Assembly: GCF_000008625.1 (NCBI RefSeq)
Contig: NC_000918.1
Location: 300,001-332,000 of the forward strand
DNA: 32,000 nt
Origin: Aquifex aeolicus VF5
GTDB lineage: Bacteria > Aquificota > Aquificia > Aquificales > Aquificaceae
Reading direction: 5' to 3'
The notes below the pieces were generated by a model, which saw only the letters and a list, made by a program, of their open reading frames with translations, was not told the origin of the DNA and made no database searches. The translations under genes and the position numbers were made by a program. How positions within the stretch are numbered: the stretch's first letter is position 1; each line of letters opens with the position of its first letter. This document shows positions 16,510 to 29,596 of this stretch, piece after piece.

Positions 16510-19500
16510 ATGTTCAGAGCGGTTTTAAAGTACAGGCTTTTAGTTCTTATAGCCCTTGTAGGCACGGTTATATACGGTGTTTACAGTTTTAAAAAGCTCC
16601 CGATTGACGCTTTTCCGGATCCGACTCCCGTTCAGGTGAACATATACACGGAAGCTCCCGGACTTTCCGCGGAAGAAGTTGAAACGCTAATAACTATTCC
16701 CGTAGAGTCCGTGATGAACGGGATAAAAGACGTAGAACTTGTTAGGAGCGTCTCCCTTCCCGGACTCTCCTACGTTTCCGTTTACTTTAAAGAGGGAACG
16801 GACGTTTACTTTGCCAGAAGGCTCGTTATGGAAAAACTGCCCGACGCAAAGGAGAGAATTCCCGAAGGCTTTAACCCGGTCATGGGACCGAACTCAACGG
16901 GTCTCGGAAACGTTCTCGTGTACGTTCTGTACGACACGAGCGGTAAGTACACTCCTCAGGAATTAAAGTCCATATTCCAGCAGTGGGTAGCCCGTCCCCT
17001 GATAATGAGTGCTGGAGGAGTTGAAGAGATAGTGCAGTTCGGTCCAGAGCTCGCCTACGTGATAGTTCCGGACTTTGAAAAACTCATAGCTTACGGAATA
17101 ACTCTGGAAGATCTTCTGAATGCCCTTGAGAGGAACAACCTGCTCGTGGGCGGTGGCTTTTACCAATCCGCGGAAGGAGACCTCGTGGTAAGGGGACTCG
17201 GAAGGGTTTACTCCAAGGAGGACCTATTAAGAATTCCCGTAAAGGTAGACGAAGAAAAAGGGGTGAGCGTTTACCTGAGGGACGTGGCAAAGGTGGTAGA
17301 GGGAGAAGTTCCCAATAGAAGAGGGGCTTTCACGATGAACGGACAAGAAGTCCAGGGGAACATAGTCGTCAAGAGGATATACGAAAACACCAAGGAGGTT
17401 GTGGACAAGGTAAAGGAAAAACTAAAAGAAATACAGAAAATACTCCCAGAAGGTGTAAAGATTGAACACCTCTACGACCAGGCTTACCTCACGGAAAAGG
17501 CAGTGTCCACGATACAGAAGGCACTCTTCAGCGGTATGCTCCTCGTTGCTATTGTCACTGCCTTTCTCATGGGCAACTTCAGAACCTCACTCATAGTCAT
17601 TTCCTCCCTTCCCTTAACCCTGCTCATCGCCTTTATAGTTATGAAGGAAACGGGTATGAGCGGAAACTTAATGACTTTGGGAGGTTTGGCTATAGGTATT
17701 GGTATGTTCGTGGACTCCTCCGTCGTCGTTGTGGAAAACGTATACAGGCATCTCACGGAAAACAAAAGTGCCACTAAGTTTTCCATTATCCTTGACTCTT
17801 TAAAGGAAGTGTGGAGACCCGTTCTCTTTGCGGTCTTAATAATAGTCATAGTCTTTTCTCCTATATTCGTTTTTGAGTCGGTTGAAGGTAAGTTTTTCAA
17901 ACCTCTGGCTATGACCCTCATAATAGCCCTGCTCGCCTCACTTTTCGTAGCCTTCACATTCATACCCGCTCTCAGCTACTACTTCCTGAAACCCGGAAAA
18001 GAGACGTACAGTAAGTTGATGAGGGCAATACACAAGGTTTACGAGAAGGTTCTCGATTTTACCTTCAAACTGCGCACACTCCTCTACTTGGGCGTATTCA
18101 TCTCCTTTGTATTCAGTCTCTTTTTGCTCACGAGAATAGGAACGGAGTTCGCTCCTGAGCTTGAAGAGGGGGCGGTGATAGTGAAGGCTTTCCTGGACCC
18201 AAACGTTTCCCTGGAAGAGGGGAAAAGGGTTGCCACCGCGATAGAAAGGGAAGCTATGAAATTCCCGGAAGTTATAAGAACGTTCTCTACAGTCGGAAGG
18301 GCTGAAAAAGGTGAAGCCGCTGACGTGAATTACATAGAAACGTGGATACTCCTTAAACCTCAAAGTGAGTGGGAAACTTTCAAAACGAGAGAGGAGTTTA
18401 ACGAAATCCTCAGGAAGAGGCTTGAGTGGCTTCCCGCTTCTTTAGGCTTTACGCAACCGATAAAAATGAGGATAGACGAACTCCTTTCGGGTGTAAGGGC
18501 GGATATAGCTATAAAGATATTCGGTCAGGACCCGGAAGTTCTGAACGAGCTCGCGGACAAGGTAAAGGAAATCGCTGAAAGCGTCCCCGGTGCGGTTGAC
18601 GTCCAAAAAGAAATACAGGCCGGAAGGCTTCAACTCAGGATTTACCCTAAGTGGGAAGTTCTTGAAAGGTATGGAATTACCGTTGAAGAAGTTCTTGACG
18701 TAGTTAAGTACAACTTGGGCGGAGCACCCGTTGGAGAGCTTCAAAAGGATACCCTTCTCTTTCCGATAGTTATGACCCTTCCCGAAGACTTTAGAGGAGA
18801 TGTAAGTAAACTTGCGAAAATTCCCCTCTTTGAAAGACACGGCAAAATCCTCACATTTGGAGACGTTGCAGATTTAAAGGTAGAGCCCGGACTTTTTGTA
18901 ATAAGGAGGGAGAACAATATAAGGTTCGCTCTCGTAATGCTCAACGTAGAGGGCAGGGACACGGGAAGTTTCGTAAAGGAACTCCAGAGCAGGATAGAAA
19001 ATGAAGTCAAACTACCTACGGGATACTTCATAACTTACGGCGGTCAGTTTGAAAACCAGCAGAGGGCTATGAAAAAACTCTCAATAGCTGTTCCCGTATC
19101 CATCTTCCTTATATTCGTAATGCTGTATCTCAACTTCAACTCTGTAAGAGACGCTCTCGTTGTTATGCTGAACGTGCCATTTGCGGTAATAGGGGGAATA
19201 ATAGCACTCTACATCTCTGGATTTAACCTATCTGTTCCTTCCGCAATAGGATTTATAGCCATATTCGGTGTGGCGACTTTAAACGGTGTGGTTCTCGTGA
19301 GTTATATAAGACAACTGCTTCAGGAAGAACTCGAGATCAGAGAAGCGGTAAAAAGGGCTGCAATACTCCGTATAAGACCCATACTCATCACCGCCATAAC
19401 TACATTGATAGGACTCATTCCTTTACTCGTTATAAGAGACATAGGTTCAGAAGTTCAAAGACCCTTGGCAACAGTAGTTGTGGGCGGGATATTCACATCT

Positions 19501-19569
19501 ACTCTACTCACCCTTATAATTCTTCCTTCTGTTTACGAGCTCGTTTACAGGAAATTTCCGAGAGCATAG
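16510..19569 (+). CDS. Heavy-metal-efflux RND transporter (CzcA/CusA-like)
   Basis: 1019 aa; LPIDAFPDPTPVQVNIYTEAPGLSAEEVE, GLAIGIGMFVDSSVVVVENVYRHL, GVRADIAIKIFGQD, GGIIALYISGFNLSVPSAIGFIAIFGVATLNGVVLV. Confidence 0.95.
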   Translation: MFRAVLKYRLLVLIALVGTVIYGVYSFKKLPIDAFPDPTPVQVNIYTEAPGLSAEEVETLITIPVESVMNGIKDVELVRSVSLPGLSYVSVYFKEGTDVYFARRLVMEKLPDAKERIPEGFNPVMGPNSTGLGNVLVYVLYDTSGKYTPQELKSIFQQWVARPLIMSAGGVEEIVQFGPELAYVIVPDFEKLIAYGITLEDLLNALERNNLLVGGGFYQSAEGDLVVRGLGRVYSKEDLLRIPVKVDEEKGVSVYLRDVAKVVEGEVPNRRGAFTMNGQEVQGNIVVKRIYENTKEVVDKVKEKLKEIQKILPEGVKIEHLYDQAYLTEKAVSTIQKALFSGMLLVAIVTAFLMGNFRTSLIVISSLPLTLLIAFIVMKETGMSGNLMTLGGLAIGIGMFVDSSVVVVENVYRHLTENKSATKFSIILDSLKEVWRPVLFAVLIIVIVFSPIFVFESVEGKFFKPLAMTLIIALLASLFVAFTFIPALSYYFLKPGKETYSKLMRAIHKVYEKVLDFTFKLRTLLYLGVFISFVFSLFLLTRIGTEFAPELEEGAVIVKAFLDPNVSLEEGKRVATAIEREAMKFPEVIRTFSTVGRAEKGEAADVNYIETWILLKPQSEWETFKTREEFNEILRKRLEWLPASLGFTQPIKMRIDELLSGVRADIAIKIFGQDPEVLNELADKVKEIAESVPGAVDVQKEIQAGRLQLRIYPKWEVLERYGITVEEVLDVVKYNLGGAPVGELQKDTLLFPIVMTLPEDFRGDVSKLAKIPLFERHGKILTFGDVADLKVEPGLFVIRRENNIRFALVMLNVEGRDTGSFVKELQSRIENEVKLPTGYFITYGGQFENQQRAMKKLSIAVPVSIFLIFVMLYLNFNSVRDALVVMLNVPFAVIGGIIALYISGFNLSVPSAIGFIAIFGVATLNGVVLVSYIRQLLQEELEIREAVKRAAILRIRPILITAITTLIGLIPLLVIRDIGSEVQRPLATVVVGGIFTSTLLTLIILPSVYELVYRKFPRA

Positions 19570-19585
19570 GTAGGAGGTAAAGGCG

Positions 19586-20233
19586 GTGAAGGAAGAAAGG
19601 GAGAAGAAAGAGGAAGTTTTTGAAGAGGAAGAGTTCGGAGAGCTCCTGAAATACACACTTGCAGGTTATGCGGGTGGTCTTGGGCTCGGGTGGCTTCTTG
19701 ACAAACTTGGTTTTCAGCAAAATCCCATAGGCGAGTGGCTCGTGAGAACCCTGGCGGGCGAAGGGGAGAGCATTCTGGAGGGTATATTCGCCGTAAAGAA
19801 AAGGTTAACCGGTGCGGTCTCTTCCCTCGCTCAGGCTTACGGATGGGGAAAGCTCATAGGTATGACGGTCCCGTGGTGGATAGACCTCTTTAGCAGACTG
19901 CTCGGAGTTAACGTTTACGGTTGGGAGGGCTTTTACATACCCTATTTTTACGCCATGAGCGACCAGATAGGGGCAAACGTCTCTGGCTTTATCTATCTAT
20001 ATAAGAAGGAGGGAAACTTTTCTAAAGCCGTGAAACGCTACTTTACGAACCCCGTAATGCTAACCAGCCTTCTGGTAATACTCCTCGTCCCGATAGGACT
20101 GCTCGTAGCCAGACTTCTTGGCTTTTCTCCTACTACGAACTTCTACGCGGCCCTCGAAACTGTGGCGGCGAACCTCTGCTGGCTCCCTCCCTTGGTGGGA
20201 ATGCTTGTGGAAAAGAAAAAAGGTTCAGATTAA
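19586..20233 (+). CDS. Uncharacterised membrane protein immediately downstream of the RND pump
   Basis: Acidic N-terminus, glycine-rich hydrophobic segment [19 protein letters not shown] and C-terminal TM segments; AGGAGG Shine-Dalgarno, 16 nt after the pump stop. Confidence 0.7.
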
Positions 20234-21457
20234 AACCCTCACGAGCTTTCCCACTTCTTTGTACCCTTCCCTTTTTATATCTATGTAATTTTCCGTAAGG
20301 AGTCTGTTTTCCTCTATCACAAGAGCCCTCAGCTCTTTTCCCTTATTCTTCTCGTAAAACTCCTGCCTCTTTTTCTGGTCTAGTTCCTTTAGTATCCTTA
20401 CCCTTTCCTTTTTAATCCTTTCGGGTAATTTCGGTTTTAGCTTGCTCGCTTTAGTAAAGGGTCTGTCCGAGTAAGGGAATATGTGCATGTAGGATATGGG
20501 AATTCTTTTTAAGAATTCGTAAGTCTCTTGAAAGTCCTCCTCGCTTTCCGTGGGAAAGCCTACTATAACGTCTGTCCCTATTGAGGAGATGGGTCTGTTT
20601 TCCACTATGAAGTTGACAACTTCCTCGTACTCTTCCCTCGTGTAGCCCCTGTCCATAAGTTCAAGAATTCTGTTTGAACCGCTCTGGAGGGAGAGGTGAA
20701 AGTGTGGTGCTATCTTTTCTTCCGAAACTATGAGCTTTAAAAGCTCTTTATCCATCTCCTTGATGTGCATGGAGGAAAGTCTTATAAGTTCTATGCCTTC
20801 AATCTTTATAAGTTCTGTGAGGAGAGTGTAGAGGTTGTAGCCCTTGTCCCAGCCGTATTGAGAGAGTTGTGTTCCCGTTAAAACCACTTCCTTAAAGCCC
20901 TTTTGTGCGAGGAGCTTTACCTGATGGACTATTTTTTCTAAATCAACGCTCCGTACTTTTCCCCTTGCGTAGGGAATTACGCAAAAAGTGCAGAACTTAT
21001 TACAACCCTCCTGAACCTTTAAAAAGGGCCTTACCCCTTCAAAGTAAAGAACCGTGTCAAAGTTCCTGACTTCCTTCTCCCTGAAGATTTCCCCTACGAC
21101 TACCTTCTTTTCCCTTCTTTCAAGATACTCCTCAAGGATTTTTAAGAGCTCTGACTTGTGCGTGTTTCCGACGACGAGGTCAACTTCCTTTAGCTTTGCA
21201 AGCTCCTGGGGGTTTACCTGAGCGTAACAGCCAGTTGCAACTACAATCGCCTTTGGATTTCTCCTCTTTGCCTGATATATGGCCTGTCTTGAGGAGCGGT
21301 CCCCTCCCACTGTTACCGTGCACGTGTTTATAACGTAAACGTCAGCCATATCTTCAAATGAAACTACTTCGTATCCTTTTTGTATGAACTTGTTCTTAAG
21401 GAGGTCCGTGTCAAACTGGTTCATTCTGCAACCGAGAGTTTCAAAGGCGACTTTCAT
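20225..21457 (-). CDS. mtaB: MiaB/MtaB-like tRNA methylthiotransferase (radical SAM)
   Basis: [72 protein letters not shown]. Confidence 0.9.
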
Positions 21458-21493
21458 AAGGAATATAAATTATAATTCTCGTAGGGAGAGGTT

Positions 21494-21715
21494 ATGAAAG
21501 AAACCAGAATAATAAAGTACATAAAGAGTCTCATAAGGAATCACAAGTACCTCACAACTGAGGACATAATGCTACTCCTCGAAAAGTACTACAAACTTCC
21601 CATAAACGTCCCGTCCGTTTACTACAAGTACAAGAAGATAATAAGGGAGTGCAGGCAAGAGGTTTACAAGGAGAGGAGGAGGGCTAAGTATAAAAGACGT
21701 GAAGGTGGAGATTGA
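21494..21715 (+). CDS. Small basic hypothetical protein, 73 aa
   Basis: Preceded by GGGAGAGG; helical and basic composition; family not recognised. Confidence 0.55.
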   Translation: MKETRIIKYIKSLIRNHKYLTTEDIMLLLEKYYKLPINVPSVYYKYKKIIRECRQEVYKERRRAKYKRREGGD

Positions 21716-22118
21716 ACTTATCCCTTAACCTCTTTGCAACGTCGAGCATAAAGTCAACAGCCTTTTGCTTTTCATCAAAAAATCCTATCCTGAACCTGTC
21801 GAAAGAAACTCCGAAGGGTCTGCTGGGGTCATTGGGGTTTTTGAACTTTGGTTTGTTGTACTCGTATATGTCCGCCCACAGGTTCATGGGACTTATCAGA
21901 ACCACATAGCCCCTTCCTTCCATCTGCTCGCTCAGGTTCTCCTTCACTCTTTTGAAGACTTTAACGTCCTCCGCGTCAAAGAGTTCCTCCTTGCAGAACT
22001 CCTTTAAGGGAGTGCCGTAGAAGTTTAGCTTCTCATCTGCCTCAAGTATGTAAAGGTCTATTCCCTTTTCCTTAGCCTCTTCGCAAAGTGCCTGAAGTAC
22101 TTTCCCCCACGCTTTCAT
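21684..22118 (-). CDS. Conserved-looking hypothetical protein, 144 aa
   Basis: Intact ORF with plausible globular composition; overlaps the 73-aa ORF tail-to-tail by 32 nt. Confidence 0.6.
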   Translation of the reverse strand: MKAWGKVLQALCEEAKEKGIDLYILEADEKLNFYGTPLKEFCKEELFDAEDVKVFKRVKENLSEQMEGRGYVVLISPMNLWADIYEYNKPKFKNPNDPSRPFGVSFDRFRIGFFDEKQKAVDFMLDVAKRLRDKFNLHLHVFYT

Positions 22119-22150
22119 AGAAAAGATTATACACTTATGATTTAAACAGC

Positions 22151-22178
22151 TTGCCTTATATTTTTATTAGCATATTCT
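22151..22178 (+). promoter_or_regulatory. Candidate promoter for panD: TTGCCT-16 nt-TATTCT
   Basis: Sigma70-like hexamers in AT-rich gap upstream of GGAGG and ATG 22201. Confidence 0.35.
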
Positions 22179-22200
22179 TAATTAATCTTGGAGGAGCCGA

Positions 22201-22575
22201 ATGCTGAGGGAAATGCTCAAGTCCAAAATACACAGGTTAACGGTAACGGATGCGGATCTTCATTACGAGGGAAGTCTGTCCTTAGACGAGTATTTAATGG
22301 AGCTTGCGGACTTAAAGCCCTTCGAAAAGATAGACGTTTACAACATTAACAACGGTGCGAGGTTTCAGACTTACGTTATCCCCGCCCCGAGGTATTCGGG
22401 AGAGGTTAAGTTAAACGGTGCGGCCGCAAGACTCGGGCACAAAGGCGACCTTATAATAATCGCCTCTTACGCCCAGTACACGGAGGAGGAGCTAGAGAAC
22501 TACGCTCCCAAGCTCATTTTCGTTAACGAGAAGAACCAGCCTGTTGAAGTAAAAGAAAGTACGGAGGTGAAGTGA
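22201..22575 (+). CDS. panD: Aspartate 1-decarboxylase proenzyme
   Basis: [29 protein letters not shown] with Gly-Ser processing site; [13 protein letters not shown]; [20 protein letters not shown]. Confidence 0.97.
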
Positions 22576-22576
22576 G

Positions 22577-22909
22577 ATGTTTATGAACGTTCCGGAAGTT
22601 ACACCAGAAGAAGCTAAGAAGATGCTTGAGGAAGAAAAGGATAAAGTTGTACTTTTAGACGTTAGAACTCCGCCCGAACATTTTCAGGTGAGAATTCCAA
22701 ACTCTATGTTAATCCCTTTAGACGAGCTCAGGTACGCCTTCCAGAACCTGCCCAAAGATAAGAAGTACATAGTCTACTGCAGGATCGGAGAGAGAAGTGC
22801 ATTTGCAACCTACTTCTTGAGACAGATGGGATACGAAGCTTACAACCTTGCTGGCGGAATACTTATATGGCCCTATGAAAAGGAAAGCGGAGCACCTGCT
22901 AAATCTTAA
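22577..22909 (+). CDS. Rhodanese-like domain protein
   Basis: VVLLDVRTPPEHFQVRIPNSMLIPLDEL and YCRIGERSAFATYFLRQMGYEAYNLAGGILIW with active-site Cys. Confidence 0.9.
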   Translation: MFMNVPEVTPEEAKKMLEEEKDKVVLLDVRTPPEHFQVRIPNSMLIPLDELRYAFQNLPKDKKYIVYCRIGERSAFATYFLRQMGYEAYNLAGGILIWPYEKESGAPAKS

Positions 22910-24134
22910 TTATCCTCTCCGCCTTTTCCTTTGCTTCCTTGGCTACTATTACTAAGTCTATTTCCGGAATTCCCAGTTCCTGTGAAAGTTGCTGAGCGGT
23001 TTTATCGAGCTCTTCGGGGGATGAGTTTACAGCCTCTTCAAGTCTAGACACAACTTCTAGCAACTTGTGAAGAGAAGAGCCTTTATCCTCAAAAGCCTTT
23101 ACAACTTCCTCGTCTACGTTCAGTTCCCTTAAGAAGGTGGGTATATCCACTTCGAGTATTTTATCGAGCAGGGAAAAGAGACCTACCAGGAAAGCCTTTT
23201 CGGAAACTTCGGGAGAGTACCTGTTTGTCAACTCCTCTGCTATGAATGCCCTCGTTAAGGACTTCCTCCAGAGTTCCGGGTTTTCCACCTTCAGGAACTC
23301 GTTCATACTGACAAGAATCACGAACTTCTTTATGTTTTCCATTCCCACAAAGGAAACCGCGTGCTCTAAACTCTCTATCTTTTTTCTGCGGGCAAAGTAA
23401 GCGGAGTTTACAAACTGGAGGAACTTTACCGCGAGACCTACATCCGTTTCTATTATGTCTGCTATCTCCTTAAGACTCCTCGCGATACTTATTGCGTTGA
23501 GCAGTCTAAGGAGAGTTACCTTTAAAAACGGGGCCAACTTTGTCCTTTTAACTATTTCCGGCTTTGCAAAGTAAAAACCCTGAAAGTAATCCGCTCCGTA
23601 CTCCAGCGCCTTTTTATACTCTTCTTCTTTCTCAATCATAGAAACAAGAACTTTCTTTCCGTATCTTTTTGCACTTCTTATTTTATCTGGCGTTACGCTT
23701 TTAAAGTAAAACTCAACGATGTCCGACAGGTTTATCAATTCCTTATGCTCACTCGAGTAGAGTCTTTCGTTTAGTATGAAACTGACGCCTTTTCCCTTAT
23801 AGTCCTTTAGTTTTTGAAGAACCTTTTGCTTGAGTGTTTCTCCCAGAGGGACTTCTGGAGGGTTCAGGTCAAAAATAACTTTATCTGGAGGAAGAAGTTC
23901 AAGAGACTTGTTTAAAATCGCCTCTAAAGAGACGTTTATTACTGCCTTTTTGCCGTTCGCCAGCTTTTCAATACCGCTCTCCACGAGAATGTCAGTAATT
24001 ATGTAAACAGCGCGGGAAAAGGGGACGTCCTCGGGGTATTTTTCTTCGTCACCTTCCCTTCTCAAGAAAAACTCGTAGGCGAATACCTCTCCGTTTCTAT
24101 CAAAGATCGGTTGCCTTGCCACTACGAAGCTCAT
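22899..24134 (-). CDS. EAL-HDOD signalling protein (YuxH-like, degenerate EAL)
   Basis: [24 protein letters not shown] start; HDOD segment [45 protein letters not shown]. Confidence 0.85.
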   Translation of the reverse strand: MSFVVARQPIFDRNGEVFAYEFFLRREGDEEKYPEDVPFSRAVYIITDILVESGIEKLANGKKAVINVSLEAILNKSLELLPPDKVIFDLNPPEVPLGETLKQKVLQKLKDYKGKGVSFILNERLYSSEHKELINLSDIVEFYFKSVTPDKIRSAKRYGKKVLVSMIEKEEEYKKALEYGADYFQGFYFAKPEIVKRTKLAPFLKVTLLRLLNAISIARSLKEIADIIETDVGLAVKFLQFVNSAYFARRKKIESLEHAVSFVGMENIKKFVILVSMNEFLKVENPELWRKSLTRAFIAEELTNRYSPEVSEKAFLVGLFSLLDKILEVDIPTFLRELNVDEEVVKAFEDKGSSLHKLLEVVSRLEEAVNSSPEELDKTAQQLSQELGIPEIDLVIVAKEAKEKAERIIKI

Positions 24135-25386
24135 CTATTCTCCTCTTGAGTTCCGGATATAAAGGAAAAGTTTCACACAGCTCTCTTACTTCCTGCCTTA
24201 CTCTCTGTATGGTCTTCTCGTCGTCCATGTTTGAAAGTACTTCATTTATCCAGCCTGCTATCTTTCTCATTTCGTCTTCCTTCATCCCCCTCGTTGTGAG
24301 TGCAGCCGTTCCTATCCTTATCCCGCTAGTCTTTGTAGGCGGTAGAGGGTCAAAAGGCACCGCGTTTTTGTTTACCGTTATTCCAGCCTTTTCCAGAGCC
24401 TTTTCCGCGTCTTTTCCGATAATGTTTTTATTCCTGAGGTCAACGAGGACTATGTGAGAGTCCGTTCCTCCCGTGACTATCTTAAACCCGTACTTTTTCA
24501 GTTCTTCGGCGAGAACCCTTGCGTTTTCTACAACCTGTTTTGCGTACTCCTTGAACTCTTCGCTCATAGCCTCTTTAAAAGCTACAGCCTTTGCCGCTAT
24601 AACGTGCATTAATGGACCACCTTGAATTCCGGGAAAGACGCTCTTGTCTACGGCTTTTGCGTATTCCTTTGTAGTTAGGATAAAACCGCTCCTTGGTCCC
24701 CTGAGAGTTTTATGGGTCGTTGAGGTCACAAACTGGGCGTAAGGGACGGGATTGGGGTAAACGCCTCCCGCTATGAGACCAGCGTAGTGTGCCATGTCGA
24801 CCATAAAGAGGGCACCCACTTCGTCCGCTATTTCCCTCATCTTTGCCCAGTCAAACACGCGTGGATAGGCCGAGGCTCCTCCCACTATTAACTTCGGTTT
24901 GTGCTCCTTTGCCAGTTTGTACAACTGGTCGTAATCTATGAGCTCCGTTTCCGGATTTACACCGTAGTGGATTACGTTGTAGAGTTTCCCGCTGAAGTTT
25001 ACCTTGGCTCCGTGGGTTAGATGTCCTCCGTGGGCCAAATCCATTCCCATTATGGTGTCACCGGGGTTTAGAACGGCAAAGTACACCGCCATGTTCGCCT
25101 GAGAACCCGAGTGGGGCTGAACGTTTGCGTGCTCCGCTCCGAAGAGTTTTTTTGCTCTTTCTATGGCGAGATTTTCAACTACATCTACGTACTCACAGCC
25201 TCCGTAATACCTCTTTCCCGGAAGTCCTTCCGCGTACTTGTTCGTGAGGACGCTTCCCGTCGCTTCCATTACCGCGAGGGAAGTGAAGTTCTCTGAGGCT
25301 ATCATTTCCAGGTTATAAAACTGCCTTTCGTACTCCTTTACAACAGCGTCAAAAACCTCGGGGTCCGTTTTCAGAAGGTGTTCCAT
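24100..25386 (-). CDS. glyA: Serine hydroxymethyltransferase
   Basis: [43 protein letters not shown]; PLP-Lys motif [12 protein letters not shown]; FVTSTTHK. Confidence 0.97.
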   Translation of the reverse strand: MEHLLKTDPEVFDAVVKEYERQFYNLEMIASENFTSLAVMEATGSVLTNKYAEGLPGKRYYGGCEYVDVVENLAIERAKKLFGAEHANVQPHSGSQANMAVYFAVLNPGDTIMGMDLAHGGHLTHGAKVNFSGKLYNVIHYGVNPETELIDYDQLYKLAKEHKPKLIVGGASAYPRVFDWAKMREIADEVGALFMVDMAHYAGLIAGGVYPNPVPYAQFVTSTTHKTLRGPRSGFILTTKEYAKAVDKSVFPGIQGGPLMHVIAAKAVAFKEAMSEEFKEYAKQVVENARVLAEELKKYGFKIVTGGTDSHIVLVDLRNKNIIGKDAEKALEKAGITVNKNAVPFDPLPPTKTSGIRIGTAALTTRGMKEDEMRKIAGWINEVLSNMDDEKTIQRVRQEVRELCETFPLYPELKRRIDELRSGKATDL

Positions 25387-25394
25387 TTTGAAAA

Positions 25395-26377
25395 TTATAA
25401 CTTAAACTCTCCCGAAAGCCTTTTCCTGACCCTCGGGTCTATGTAGGCAAGAAGCAGGTCCGCTATCAAGTTTCCCACAAGGAGCATTATAGTCCCTATG
25501 TAAAGCCCTCCCATTACCAGGAAAAGATCCTGCGAGAGAACGGCGTTCAGCATTAGCATACCCATCCCGGGCCAACCGACTATTATCTCAATGAGAGCAG
25601 CTCCGGAGATTAAGCTCGCTATCTCGTAGCCAAGAAGCGTGGTGAACGGGTTCATGGCGTTTTTCAGAACGTGCCTCACAAGCGTAAAAGTCCCCACTCC
25701 CTTTGCCTTTAGCATAGTTACCATAGGGGAGCTCAGAATTTCCAGAACGGAGCTCCTCACAAGCCTCGTCAAACTCGCAAGGGAGACGAGTCCCAAGGTA
25801 AGGGAGGGAATAATTAAGTGCTTTAAGATGTCCAGAACTTTTTCTGGTATGGACAGCTGTTCAAAATTTGGACTCTGCATCCCTCCCACGGGAAGAATTC
25901 CTGTCTTTGAGGCGAAAAACAAAAGCAAAAATGCGAGAAAGAAGGAAGGCACGGACATAAAGGTGTAGGAAAACCCTACGACGAACCTGTCAAAAAGGGA
26001 ATTTTCTTTAAAGGCTGCGAGGGTTCCGAGCGGAATTGAAAGTAGCCACGCAAAGAGTGCAGAACTCACCGAAAGGAGAAGGGTGTTCGGAATCCTCTCC
26101 AAAATAAGTTCCGCTACGGGGGCGTGGTACTGAAAAGAATAACCGAGATCAAAAAAGAGGGCATTTTTTAGCCACAGGAAGTACTGAACCAAAAGGGGTT
26201 TGTCCAATCCGTAAAGGTGTTTTAGTCTTTCAATAGTTTCGGGAGAGATTTGCGGATTCAATCTGAGCTGATCCAGATAATCCCCCGGAGCGAGCTTTAT
26301 TATCAGGAAAGAGAGAAATGTTACCCCGAGGAGAGTCGGAATAGCCTGCAGAACTCTGAATAAAATAAACTTAAACA

Positions 26378-26378
<1 letters not shown>
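25395..26378 (-). CDS. DppB/OppB-type ABC transporter permease
   Basis: [21 protein letters not shown]; [33 protein letters not shown]; [26 protein letters not shown]. Confidence 0.92.
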
Positions 26379-28329
<1,951 letters not shown>

Positions 28330-28340
<11 letters not shown>

Positions 28341-28974
28341 GAACCTCTCCCACTCTTCCAACGAGTTCTTCTGAGGGTTTTAGTGTCTTCTTACCGGGTT
28401 CCCACTTAGCGGGGCACGCTTCTTCAGGATGGGACATGAGGTAAACGTTAGCCTTCATCTTTCTAACGAGTTCGTCCGCATTTCTTCCCACGTTGTAGAA
28501 GTTAACTTCGCTTCCCACGAGTACGCCTTCGGGATTGATTATGAAAGTTCCCCTGAGTGCGAGTCCTGTGTTTTCGTCGTAAACTCCAAAGAGTCTGGAA
28601 ACCTGTCCCGTGGGGTCAGCTCCCATTGGGTACTTTACGTTCTTGAGAAGGGGTTCGTCCCTGTGCCATGCGAGGTGGACGAACTTGGTATCCGTGGAAA
28701 CGGATATAACTTCGCATCCCATTTCCTTCAGTTCATCGTACTTTTCAGCAAGGTCTGCGAGTTCCGTGGGACATACGAAGGTGTAGTCCGCGGGATAGAA
28801 GAAGAGTATTACCCACTTCCTTTCTTTAAGAAGGTCCTCAAGAACTACCTTTCCGAACTTGCCGGTGGAGGGGTCGTAAGTTTCCATTTCAAAGTTGGGT
28901 ACTTTTTGACCCACCCTTACGGGGCAATCAGTTATAATTTTCTTAGCGATTTCCTTGACGTCCATGCCTTTCAC
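28330..28974 (-). CDS. ahpC: AhpC/TSA-family peroxiredoxin
   Basis: ILFFYPADYTFVCPTELADLAEKYDELKEMGCEVISVSTDTKFVHLAWH; C-terminal PEEACPAKWEPG resolving Cys. Confidence 0.93.
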
Positions 28975-29018
28975 CTCCTTTTGAGAAATTTTTTCAATTA
29001 AATATTATACACAAAATC

Positions 29019-29534
29019 TCAGATAAGTTCCTTAACCTTGTTCACGACTTCGTCGTAGTTAGGCTCTTCTGTTATTTCGGGAACGAGTTGAACGTAAGCT
29101 ACTTTCCCTTCCTTGTCAATTATAAACACAGCCCTCGCGAGTATTCCCTTGAGAGCCCCTTCTCCTATGAGAACGCCGTACTTTTCCATATCCCTGTACC
29201 TGAAGTCCGAGGCAACGGTTACGTTCTGTATGTTGAAACTCTCACAGAACCTCTTTTGAGCGAAGGGAAGATCCATAGAAACTACGGTGACGTCTACTCC
29301 TTCCATACCTGCCATTATCTCGTTGAACTTTTTAGTTTCAGTCTCACAAACGGGTGTATCCAGGGAGGGAACGGTGATTATTACCTGAACTACGTCCTTC
29401 GCACCGCCCACTATCTTTTCCTGAAGGTCCTTTGTAACTACAACGGCCTCGGGTGCTCTATCTCCTACTTTTAACTCTGGTCCCACAAGCGTAACAGGGT
29501 TTCCTTTTAGGTTTACGGTTCTGGCCATAACCAC
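29019..29534 (-). CDS. tpx: Thiol peroxidase (Tpx, atypical 2-Cys peroxiredoxin)
   Basis: VKLNGNPVTL-like start, PSLDTPVCETETKKFNE, VVSMDLPFAQKRFCE. Start likely a few residues inside track start. Confidence 0.94.
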   Translation of the reverse strand: MVMARTVNLKGNPVTLVGPELKVGDRAPEAVVVTKDLQEKIVGGAKDVVQVIITVPSLDTPVCETETKKFNEIMAGMEGVDVTVVSMDLPFAQKRFCESFNIQNVTVASDFRYRDMEKYGVLIGEGALKGILARAVFIIDKEGKVAYVQLVPEITEEPNYDEVVNKVKELI

Positions 29535-29596
29535 CTCCTTCCTTTTGTGAGGATTATTTTACGATGAGAAATTTTTTCAGTTAATGATATGAGTCA

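Noticed and set aside
17484-18840. Minus-strand ORFs of 159, 141 and 132 aa inside the RND pump gene
   Set aside because: Low-complexity antisense shadows of a clearly coding 1019-aa gene; no motifs or credible start regions.
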